This document shows positions 1 to 8,638 of a DNA stretch of 64,000 nt, in pieces; the first letter of the stretch is position 1; the number at the start of each line of letters is the position of its first letter. The stretch is from an uncultured Desulfosarcina sp. (lineage in GTDB: Bacteria; Desulfobacterota; Desulfobacteria; Desulfobacterales; Desulfosarcinaceae). The position numbers and the translations under genes were made by a program. The notes beneath the pieces are model-generated. The model was not told the DNA's origin, made no database searches, and saw only the letters and a list, made by a program, of their open reading frames with translations. Location: positions 256,001 through 320,000 of the forward strand of contig CAXXWQ010000003.1 in assembly GCA_963674945.2 (NCBI GenBank), read 5' to 3'.

Positions 1-71
1 ATGTTAATCATCGCCCCAAAGACATAGTCGTATATATCTACTGGTTCATTTAATGGGCTCTCAAGTTTATA
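1..71 (-). pseudogene. Continuation of the interrupted DUF1329 gene (runs off the window)
   Basis: With the IS removed the frame reads MY-KLESPLNEPVDIYDYVFGAMIN, aligning to paralog MYKIEGDEQFDPQSYVYGNIVEM. Confidence 0.85.
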
Positions 72-1822
72 CCTGAATTTTGCACGCAATTAGCTTTAAT
101 TGGCCACGGTGGCCAATTTTTTCAAAATGACGAAGAGTTCGTTTTCTACTCTAACACATGATCGTTGCCTTTAGTGTGAAGTATACGGTTTGCACGTGTT
201 TCGTTTAACTGCCCATATACAAAGGAAATTGTCGTGAAAAAAAATTCTTGCATGATATTTTCCCGAGTTACGCAGACGTTCAACATGCCACTTGTCTCCA
301 CGGCTTCGGTTTCAATCGCGCTTGATCCAGGAAGTCGAGAAAATGGATCATCGCGGGCGTTCTCGCATCGTGTACGGAGAACTTGACCTTGTCACGGTTT
401 TGATCTTTGACAACTTTTGCGGCAATGAAAAGCAGCTTCAACCTGGCGATCCGGATTGTATTGGATGCCACCGTTTTTAAATGCGGCATCTTTTTTCTGT
501 CCTGGCTCATGGCGGCAAGCATCTTGATGTAACGCCAAATGTTATACGACAGCACTACAAGTTGAAAGAACGCATAATTGTTTTTGAACTTTGCTGATGG
601 GATGGCCTCAAGCCCTTCACGTTTGGCCTCACCCACCAGGTTTTCAACGTCAGCGCGTTTATCATACTTGCTGACCACCTCATGGGCCGGCCCTGAAAGG
701 TTCGTGCAGAATATCCGGTATGTATAGTTGTCGTCTTCAAAGAGTAGGCATTGCACTTGCTGGTTTGAAGTTGATTTGGCTTTCGGTATACGCATGGCCA
801 CAAACCGGCACGGGGTATCCCAACCAAGGGGCTGATAGACGCAGCTGTTATACTCAACATCCTTGCGTTTCCAGGGCCGATACCAACCTCTCGGATCAAA
901 GGGCGGGTCGCATCTCTTGTTGGCGATGATGAAGTCATAGCCGCAGTGTCTTGCAGTCTGGACACTTTCCCAGCTCAGGAACTCTCCATCGGCCCGCAGC
1001 AGGACTTGGCGAACACAACCGGGTAAATGGGATTTTGTCTGGAGGATAAAGGCAGCGGTCTGTTTGCCACTGAGTGTTTCACCTTTTCGAAGCTTTCCGA
1101 TAAGACACTCCCGGGTCTGCTCAATGAAGCACAGCACCGGACGGTAACCTTTCTTTCCCCGGTTTTTGGTGTTATGGCCTTTCCTGCCTCCTTGCTGATT
1201 GCCGTACAGCGTCTCGACGGTGGTGTCGATATCGATGCATATCCGGTAATAATTGAAACCCAGTTGTTGCCACACCCGTTCTCGCAGAATGCTCATGAGC
1301 TTCTGAAGGGACTGGGCTTGGTTAATTCCCAAGCTGTCAAGGTATCGCCAGAAGGTGCTCGACACCGGCAACTTTGTCAGTCGGAAAAATCCACACAGCA
1401 TGGCATCGAGTCGGATGTAGGTAAAATGCCAGATTCTGTTAAAGCCTATAAACAGTAGCATCAGAAGTCCTGCCACCATCGAATAGTGGCCCAGCTTTGG
1501 CTGCCGGACAGGCGCATGATAGGTGGAGTTAAATATTTGTTTGAAATCGATCAAATCGAAAAATTTGATCATCGCTAAAAGCCCGCCAAATGGACTTAGT
1601 TGCTCGCTGCATGTCTCATGCGGCGTAGAAGCGTTGATTTTTCTGGCCTTGGCAGCGTTTTTCTTAAACCCTTTGTTCTTGCGGTTTTTACGGCTTTTTG
1701 ATTTACTTGATTTTACCATCTGGGTACCTCCTGTTTTTATTGTGGAAGCATGTCACCTCCCTTTATAACAGGATTCCCAGATGGTTTCTTCCTTATTTAT
1801 GATTCGTCGTGCAAAATTTAGG
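72..1822 (-). mobile_element. IS1380-family insertion sequence, copy 1 (1751 bp)
   Basis: Terminal IRs CCTGAATTTTGCACG (72-86) / CCTAAATTTTGCACG (revcomp of 1808-1822). 5-bp target duplication TTATA at 67-71 and 1823-1827. Same sequence recurs at 52533-54283. Confidence 0.95.
280..1719 (-). CDS. IS1380-family DDE transposase
   Basis: 479 aa; motifs DIDTTVETLYGNQQG, GYRP, LRADGEF, YDKRADVENLVGEAK; AGGAGG RBS. Confidence 0.93.
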   Translation of the reverse strand: MVKSSKSKSRKNRKNKGFKKNAAKARKINASTPHETCSEQLSPFGGLLAMIKFFDLIDFKQIFNSTYHAPVRQPKLGHYSMVAGLLMLLFIGFNRIWHFTYIRLDAMLCGFFRLTKLPVSSTFWRYLDSLGINQAQSLQKLMSILRERVWQQLGFNYYRICIDIDTTVETLYGNQQGGRKGHNTKNRGKKGYRPVLCFIEQTRECLIGKLRKGETLSGKQTAAFILQTKSHLPGCVRQVLLRADGEFLSWESVQTARHCGYDFIIANKRCDPPFDPRGWYRPWKRKDVEYNSCVYQPLGWDTPCRFVAMRIPKAKSTSNQQVQCLLFEDDNYTYRIFCTNLSGPAHEVVSKYDKRADVENLVGEAKREGLEAIPSAKFKNNYAFFQLVVLSYNIWRYIKMLAAMSQDRKKMPHLKTVASNTIRIARLKLLFIAAKVVKDQNRDKVKFSVHDARTPAMIHFLDFLDQARLKPKPWRQVAC

Positions 1823-2469
1823 TTATACATATACACATTCCTTGCACTCATTTCCGTCGATCTACCGTTCGCTTGTATAACCCCGCCGCCCATAGAACAA
1901 ATTATAAATTCTACGCCTACCGGCCTGAGAACAAAATTTATCATGGCTTCGGCACCGCTTTTGGCAATAGGAAACGGAATCCCCTTACAGATATTTTTTA
2001 CGCTGCCATACTCATCGACAATTTCTCCCGTTAGGGCATTTTTATATGTCCCTTCATAATGTTCCTTGGAATATGCAGCGGACCTTCTGGTGGGATAGAT
2101 GTGCATCTTGAAGGTCTCCGGGTATCGTTTGAACAATCTCGCAATACCCGGAGATAGTTTGTCTTTATATTGATCGACATTTTGCGCTGTAATGGTAAAC
2201 AGGATCTTGTCTTCGGCAAACGGATTCGGGATGGGCAAGCCGGATTTGGCCACATAATCTATGCCTTCGGGAATTTTGGAGACTCCGCCGGTCCATTCAG
2301 GGATAGTCCCTTCCTTGTTTCCCGCACGCTCGCCTCCCATGGGATTTAATTCTGTTCTCAGTTTCGCTGCCTCTTCTACAGCCACTTTCGCAAGCGACGG
2401 CATTGCCGGAAACACCAGCAGGATCGCCAACATCCCGGACAATATTGTTCTACATGCGGTATTGTTCAT
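1823..2469 (-). pseudogene. DUF1329-family periplasmic protein, 5' part, interrupted by IS1380
   Basis: Signal peptide plus LNPMGGERAGNKEGTIPEWTGG; close paralog of 2867-4240. Similarity stops at ...NVYMY, the IS boundary. Confidence 0.9.
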
Positions 2470-2866
2470 GAAGTTCTCCTTTCCCCTTTTGTAATGACTT
2501 CTTCAAAATGAATAGGACAGTGTAAAGAAAATCGTGTTGCGGCCCGCAAGAAAATGGTCTTTCATTCAGGTTACGTACAATCTTTATGGGTTTTGTTTAA
2601 TTAAATTTTTTGAATAATATTCAGTTCAATGGCGATAGTCTCACGAGCAACGAGCATAGCGCAAAAGGTATGCATCGTTGGATATTTTCTGCGACGCTTT
2701 TCACGGTATTAGTGAACCGTGACAATCAATGGATCGTTAGGTTTTGCTCGTATCTGCTTTGAGTAAAAGACAATTTTCTTCATGAAATGAGAAATTTGGT
2801 TGTTTCACAGACGCCTCATTTTCTTTACAGCGCACATGCTTTCCCTGGTTCCTTTATGGTTGGCTA

Positions 2867-4240
2867 TTACCGCCTGCCCATTTTTCGTAAATTTTGAACT
2901 GAGAAGAAGTCTTCCGGTATATCACCATAAGAAATGGGCGGAAGACCGTTGAAAAAAGTAAATGCGGGATAAAAGTCCACCTGGAAATCAAAATGCCAGT
3001 ACTGGGTCAGATTGAATGCCGGAAGGTCATAAAATTGTGTTCCACAAGCATATGACAGTCGCCACAGGTTTCCGCGCTTATCGTATTTGTCGATAATGGA
3101 AATCAGCCACGAGTCTTCATCCAGATAATAATGTCTTTTACCGTATATATGGCGAGCACCTTCCTTGAGAGTCCCCACGACCTCCCATACCCGATGAAGC
3201 TCCCAACGGATATATTCCGGGTTGGGATGACGGGGTGTCATCATCGGTTCATAGCCAGGAAGCAAGTCGATTTTGTATGTGTTATAGGGGATGTACATCT
3301 CTTTTTTCCCGACAATTTTCCAATCAAACCGGTCTAGTTTGCCCTTCCACATCCACGATCCGTCACTGGTCCCGATGCCACCGGCGGAAGAATCGAGTCC
3401 ATCGTAAAACATGTTGGGGTTCCGGCGCACCCTGCGCATTCCTGGTACATAGGACCATCCGATCGCGTCGTTTTTCGTATAGTCTGCCGGGTCCATCATC
3501 AGATACAATTCACCCACGCGGCCGGCCATTGTCATTTCAACGATATTCCCATAAACATAGCTTTGTGGATCAAATTGTTCATCGCCCTCAATTTTATACA
3601 TAAAATAATCTTTTGCAGATTGATCACTCCATTTACCGTTGCCCTGTACAATGCCTCCTCCTACATAATATGTCCAACATTTTGCGCCGTGCGGTCTTAA
3701 TATGAAATTACACATAACCTCTATGCCGCTTTTGGGGATTGGAAACGGAAACCCTTTGGTAAAATTACGTACACTGCCATATTCGTCGATACACTCTGCC
3801 GTCAAGGCATTGCTATACATTCCTTCATAATATTTTTCGCCGTATGCGGCGGATCTTCTGGAGGGATAGACGTGAATCTTGAAGGTATCCGGGTATATTT
3901 CGAACATCTTCAATATACCCGGGGATAATTTGTCTTTATATTGGTCTACATTCTGCGCTGTAATGGTAAACAGGATCTTGTCTTCGGCATACGGATCCGG
4001 GTGAGGCAATCCGGATTTGACCTCATAATCGATGCTTTCGGGAATTGTTGAAAGTCCGCCGGTCCAGGCAGGGATGGTTCCTTCTTTATTTCCCGCCCGC
4101 TCGCCTCCCATGGGATTGAATTCTGATTTCAGTTTTGCTGCCTCTTCAGACGTCACTTTTGAAAAGGCTGGTGTTGCCGTACCCAACAGTAGAATCACCG
4201 ACATCAAAAAGAATAAGGTTTTACCGATAGTACCGTTCAT
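2867..4240 (-). CDS. DUF1329-family periplasmic protein (LolA-like, linked to hydrophobic substrate uptake)
   Basis: 457 aa; signal peptide; GERAGNKEGTIPAWTGG, WSYVPGMRRVRR, RWELHRVWEV, YYLDEDSW motifs. Confidence 0.9.
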   Translation of the reverse strand: MNGTIGKTLFFLMSVILLLGTATPAFSKVTSEEAAKLKSEFNPMGGERAGNKEGTIPAWTGGLSTIPESIDYEVKSGLPHPDPYAEDKILFTITAQNVDQYKDKLSPGILKMFEIYPDTFKIHVYPSRRSAAYGEKYYEGMYSNALTAECIDEYGSVRNFTKGFPFPIPKSGIEVMCNFILRPHGAKCWTYYVGGGIVQGNGKWSDQSAKDYFMYKIEGDEQFDPQSYVYGNIVEMTMAGRVGELYLMMDPADYTKNDAIGWSYVPGMRRVRRNPNMFYDGLDSSAGGIGTSDGSWMWKGKLDRFDWKIVGKKEMYIPYNTYKIDLLPGYEPMMTPRHPNPEYIRWELHRVWEVVGTLKEGARHIYGKRHYYLDEDSWLISIIDKYDKRGNLWRLSYACGTQFYDLPAFNLTQYWHFDFQVDFYPAFTFFNGLPPISYGDIPEDFFSVQNLRKMGRR

Positions 4241-4714
4241 TCAATACTCCTTTCTTAATCAGCGTAGCAATGGCAGGTCTAACCATCATCATCTTCGTCT
4301 TCATCCATTTTATTTAAGTTTATGCAAAGCGTTCTTCAGCGCACAAACCATAACCCTTCATCGTTCCATCATAATATTGGAAGTTCTAATACATATATAC
4401 GTATTCGCATGATAAGCCGAAAGTCGGCCAATGACTTCTTTTCTCTTTTGATAAGATTCCCGGAGGTGAGTTCTAAAAAATTGATTTTTTATTACTAAAC
4501 TGGCAATTGAATAGCGCAATGTAACCGAAGCAGTATTCGTATAAATCCTTATAAACCGTAGATTCGAAACAAGAACTATAACCTAAGGTTGGTACTCTTA
4601 ATGCTGGCTTAATACTTTTCCCATAACGAATCGGGTGCTTGATTCATCGGAAGGGCCGTTTGAATGAATTACTATTTATATATCAAATATTTTCATGCAC
4701 TGCTCTTATTATCA

Positions 4715-5251
4715 TTATGCCAAGCCATGCTTTTTGAGATGTCGATCGACCGCTTCAAAGTACTCTTCGTGTCCATTAACATATGGTCCTTGCGACCCGA
4801 TTGCTTCTTGGAGGAAGACACCGTAATCGTAGTCAGCGACAAAAGTTTGCCAGTTTGTAATTTCATAATTTTCATTGGTTTCGACAAAACCAGTAGAGTA
4901 AAAACTCCACTCTTCACCGGTATCCACGTGATGTCCGGCGAAATGTGTTCGCATAACGAAACCATTTTCGGATGGCCAGCAGTTGAATTCTTTTGGTGCC
5001 CAATCGGGAAACTTGACTGAATAAGAAAGTGCTTCCATGGTCGCGTAGGTGGCCACATCTACGACCATTCCTCCTAATTTTACAGTATTTTGGCGTCCTC
5101 CGGTAAAATATGGTGACCAGAATATGGCGTCCTCCGCGAACTTCCATTCCTCATATTTTTCTCCATCTTTTACGACTAGACGCTTGTAAGCATCACGGTA
5201 GGCTTCGGCCATTCGTCGATGTTTGGCGACCCGTTCCTCAACCTTTGACAT
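4715..5251 (-). CDS. Hypothetical protein, possibly NTF2/SnoaL-like fold
   Basis: 178 aa with GGAGG RBS; FAEDAIFWSPY...FPDW...FVMRTHFAG...GFVETNENYEITNW pattern resembles NTF2-like proteins. Confidence 0.65.
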   Translation of the reverse strand: MSKVEERVAKHRRMAEAYRDAYKRLVVKDGEKYEEWKFAEDAIFWSPYFTGGRQNTVKLGGMVVDVATYATMEALSYSVKFPDWAPKEFNCWPSENGFVMRTHFAGHHVDTGEEWSFYSTGFVETNENYEITNWQTFVADYDYGVFLQEAIGSQGPYVNGHEEYFEAVDRHLKKHGLA

Positions 5252-5295
5252 AATTTTGCCTCCTTTGACCTTACTCGCTTAGTATATTATATAAA

Positions 5296-6108
5296 TTAAC
5301 ACTCCGGTAATTCCTGACGTAGATTATTGCCCAATAAGGGTTTCAAATTATCTTTTATAAAAACAGGTTTTCCAGCCTTATCCGCACATTTGACGATCGC
5401 CCGGACCCATTCTACCTTCGGGGGCTTATAAGGTTTAGTCTGACTTCCTATGATGATCCAATCCGCTTTCGGAACAATACTCGGGCCGAACGCCGGAGGC
5501 AGTTCCATCACATCCTCGAGCAGGGGCTCGAAGGAGAGGTATTTCAGTTTGGCCTTCACTCTACCACTGAAATAATACCACCATGCGTGATAAGCGGTCC
5601 GTGCGTCGCAAACAGTAGACCCTATCCAACAATTGTCTGGAAAGGGAGAACATTTTGTTAAATTCCACGGCCGCTTGGTAAGAAAATAGAAACGGTGCTG
5701 AGGATTGGATCTGATTGCTTTAAATATCTCCCTTTGCCAGTCATAAGGAATCCATTCGGCAAACATTTCGCACATGTTTCCTACAAAGATACCTTTTGGC
5801 TTCCTTTGCCGATTACGAATTACACGGCCTCTTCTTTCTCCGATACACAACGATTTTTTCCCCCGCATTTCTTTCAGCCGTTCAGGCCAGAAACGAGGAT
5901 AAAAAGGATCGGCCAAATGCTGTCTGCGATTTGGATCATCATTTGAAGGTAAGTTTTTATTCGCCAAGAATCTCGTTTTCAAACGCCCGTTTGCTATCTT
6001 CCGAGCATAGCAGTACGCGCAACCTACAAGGCAGCCGGTTATTGGATTCCAGCTATACCCCTGGCTACCATCCGGATTTTTTACCCATTCGACTTTGGTC
6101 CTGTTCAT
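5296..6108 (-). CDS. DUF5131 (phage Gp37/Gp68-like) radical-SAM-related protein
   Basis: 270 aa; TKVEW...WNPITGCLVGCAYCYA, IFVGNM, LTKRP, LSFEPLL, DWIIIG. Confidence 0.88.
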   Translation of the reverse strand: MNRTKVEWVKNPDGSQGYSWNPITGCLVGCAYCYARKIANGRLKTRFLANKNLPSNDDPNRRQHLADPFYPRFWPERLKEMRGKKSLCIGERRGRVIRNRQRKPKGIFVGNMCEMFAEWIPYDWQREIFKAIRSNPQHRFYFLTKRPWNLTKCSPFPDNCWIGSTVCDARTAYHAWWYYFSGRVKAKLKYLSFEPLLEDVMELPPAFGPSIVPKADWIIIGSQTKPYKPPKVEWVRAIVKCADKAGKPVFIKDNLKPLLGNNLRQELPEC

Positions 6109-6141
6109 TCCTGTTCACAAGTGAAGGGGATGCTATATAGA

Positions 6142-6188
6142 AAGGCAGGTTTGGTTGAATAGTAAATATATTCAACCAAACCTGCCTT
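6142..6188 (-). terminator. 20-bp perfect inverted repeat closing the corrinoid operon
   Basis: AAGGCAGGTTTGGTTGAATA-gtaaata-TATTCAACCAAACCTGCCTT, just after the stop at 6196. Confidence 0.75.
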
Positions 6189-6195
6189 ACTCATT

Positions 6196-6885
6196 TTATT
6201 TATTTCTTTCCACCCACCGTTCCATCTTGCCAGCCATCAGCGCCTTGACCTTTTCCAGTGCCTCGAAGGCGGTTTCGCCGTAAGTGTCGGCGCCGATCTC
6301 GTCACACCACTCGGGCGTCATTCCCCATCCGCCGGTGATATAGATCACGTCGTCTCTGACGCCGGCTTCGACCATGGCCTTGTGGATGACACCGCAATAC
6401 GGCGTCACCGGACCGATGATGGCCGAGGCGCCTACGATGTCTGGCTTGTACTTCTTGATCGCCGCAACGAAATCGTCGGCCGACTTGTTCTCTCCGATAT
6501 CGATGGACTTGATGCCTGCACCGGAAAAGAAGGCGGAGACGATTCTCTTGCCGACGTTGTGAAGATCGCCTTCTACCGTGCCGATGATCATCACCTTATC
6601 CTCCGGCTTCCGATTCATTATGGAGGCTTCGACATCCGCTGTCGGCAGCAACTTCTCCATGGCGTCGTTCATGATCTGTCCCGAGATCATCAGGTCGCTC
6701 ATGAACCGGTCATTGGCTTCGTACTCATCGCCGATAATGGTCAACCCGGGGCTTAACCCCTTAACAATGACATCCAGGGCAGGAATCTTGGCATCCATGC
6801 ACTCCTGAACCAGCTGGGCGACCAGGTCGTCATCCAGATCGATAATCGCCTCTTTTAGTTTCTCGAGTATTTCTTCATTTGCCAC
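6196..6885 (-). CDS. Corrinoid (cobalamin-binding) methyl-carrier protein, MtaC/MttC-like (module B)
   Basis: B12-binding_2 cap plus GTVEGDLHNVGK (DxHxxG), VGASA, GG motifs. Confidence 0.93.
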   Translation of the reverse strand: MANEEILEKLKEAIIDLDDDLVAQLVQECMDAKIPALDVIVKGLSPGLTIIGDEYEANDRFMSDLMISGQIMNDAMEKLLPTADVEASIMNRKPEDKVMIIGTVEGDLHNVGKRIVSAFFSGAGIKSIDIGENKSADDFVAAIKKYKPDIVGASAIIGPVTPYCGVIHKAMVEAGVRDDVIYITGGWGMTPEWCDEIGADTYGETAFEALEKVKALMAGKMERWVERNK

Positions 6886-6944
6886 TGGGATCCGAATCCT
6901 TTAATCGAAGTCGAAGCACGTCAGTGCTTCCGGCGTTCGGGTTG

Positions 6945-6969
6945 AAGCCGGGTGCAAAACGCCCGGCTT
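6945..6969. terminator. Intra-operon stem-loop
   Basis: AAGCCGGGTG-caaaa-CGCCCGGCTT between the URO-D and corrinoid genes. Confidence 0.45.
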
Positions 6970-7001
6970 GAATAAAACGAATCAAAAATTGAGATTTCGG
7001 G

Positions 7002-8252
7002 TTATTCATACCTTCCGTATTTTTTCTGCGTTTTGATCGCGGCGTCAATGTGCTCCGCCGGCGCCCAATACGGCGGGAAGATATCGATCGTGAATTTGGG
7101 CATGTGCTTGTGCTTGAGGACGATATCCTTCACCTCTTCCTCAATGGCTGAGATTGGGCCGTTTTCCATGATTTCATCATGGCCGGAAAAACTCATGAAA
7201 CATTCATGTTCGTGATGCCAATCCGCCACCGCTTCCAGGTCACATTCACCGCGTCCGCCGGCACCACCATTCCACATTTCTCCTGCAGGCCCAAGTGCGC
7301 CTTGCTCCCAGACAATCGGAAGCGCTTTCATCGTCATGCCTGTGAGGGGATAACCATGGGATAAGTGGATCGGTCTTCCGAGTTTTTCTTTTGCATAATC
7401 ACTCAGCGCTTTGCCGAGTGTTCTATAAGAATCAAGCATCCATTCTTTGCCACCCAACGGGTAGCTGTCCCACATCGCTCACATCCATATCCCGTCTGGT
7501 TCACACTCATCGATCATGGCTTTACCGAATCCGATGAGAAACTCGGTGGCGATCTCATGGCCTTTCTTTATTATCTCCGGTTGCTTTCGCAGGAAATTGG
7601 GAAACTCCATCCAACCCAACATCCCCATCATCATCAAAAGGTCCGGACCTGGGCAGATTGAAGTCCAAAGCGGCATGGGTATCTTGTACTCGGTGAGTAT
7701 TCGTCTGAACTCCCGGTTGGCCCAGATATAACCTGGATACAAGCCATCCTTGCGAGTATCCGGCACGGGCATGCCCTCTAAATCATCGATGGTTTTGATC
7801 GGCATGGGCGGTTCGATAATCGGGTTTCCATAGTCGATCATGATCGACTGACCGCCCCACATATCCTCGCCGTAATTGATGTTATGAAAGTTGCAATAGT
7901 CCAGTCCGAAACGGGCAGCCGTTGCCAGATGGGTCAATATCCACAGCTTCGGATACAAAAGCGTATCCACCGGCTTTATCGCATCGGAAGAGTGATCCAT
8001 GGCATGACTGATGTAGACGGAGGTCGTCGCAAGGTACGTCAACGTGCGATCCTTATCCTCACCATACATCGTCGCTTTCCAGCGCTCGAGAGGGGTCATC
8101 CCTCCCTCATCCTTAATATTGTTGAGAATCTTTTCACAGTAGCGATCTATCAGTACTTTTTCTTCACGGCTCCACTCAAAATCCAGCTTATCGAGATGCG
8201 TGTTGTACCAATAGGGCGCCGGTTTAATCGGTTTTCTTCCTTGAAAAGCCAT
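7002..8252 (-). CDS. URO-D-family (MtaA/CmuA-like) corrinoid methyltransferase with in-frame TGA at 7479-7481; putative selenoprotein, 416 aa (module B)
   Basis: ORFs 7479-8252 and 7002-7475 share a frame. Joined, they align end to end with paralog 12075-13286 (MTPLERW, YGEDMWG, GLYPGY, PAEHIDAAIKTQKKYGRY). A SECIS-like hairpin follows the TGA. Confidence 0.8.
7449..7465 (-). promoter_or_regulatory. Candidate bacterial SECIS element
   Basis: mRNA UGA-GCGAUGUGGGACA-GCUACCC-GUU-GGGUGGC: 7-bp stem, apical loop starting with G, 20 nt between UGA and loop. Confidence 0.65.
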
Positions 8253-8277
8253 AACTCACCGACCTCCTTTTAAATAA

Positions 8278-8619
8278 TTACATCGTTGCAGGCAACACCT
8301 TCATCAAGGCCTCATCGGATTTCCGAGACTTCATTTTACCCTCGGTATACGCTTCCATTGGGGGGACTGTTTTATTATTAATACCTACCCATGTGTCACT
8401 GTCCATTTCAAGGACGCCGTCGGCGGCATCCTCATCGATCTTTTCTTCGCAGTTTTCCACCGTTCCGTCCATGGCCATCTTTAACAGCCAGCCGGTGTTC
8501 AGATCGGAAATGACGAACTGGATAGAGCCACCCCAATCCGCTGAAGAAAATGGGCCTACTTCGTTAATCTTTTCGACCATCGTCTGCATGGCATTTGCCG
8601 CCTCTTCCATCGTTGCCAT
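8278..8619 (-). CDS. SCP2 sterol/lipid-binding domain protein (module B)
   Basis: 113 aa; WGGSIQFVISD...ADGVLEMDSDTWVGI...PMEAYTEGKMK, typical SCP2 pattern. Confidence 0.82.
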   Translation of the reverse strand: MATMEEAANAMQTMVEKINEVGPFSSADWGGSIQFVISDLNTGWLLKMAMDGTVENCEEKIDEDAADGVLEMDSDTWVGINNKTVPPMEAYTEGKMKSRKSDEALMKVLPATM

Positions 8620-8638
8620 TTACTTTCCCCCGTTTCTA

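Noticed and set aside
1753..1822. Native C-terminus of the 238-aa ORF
   Set aside because: These residues are read-through into the IS end.
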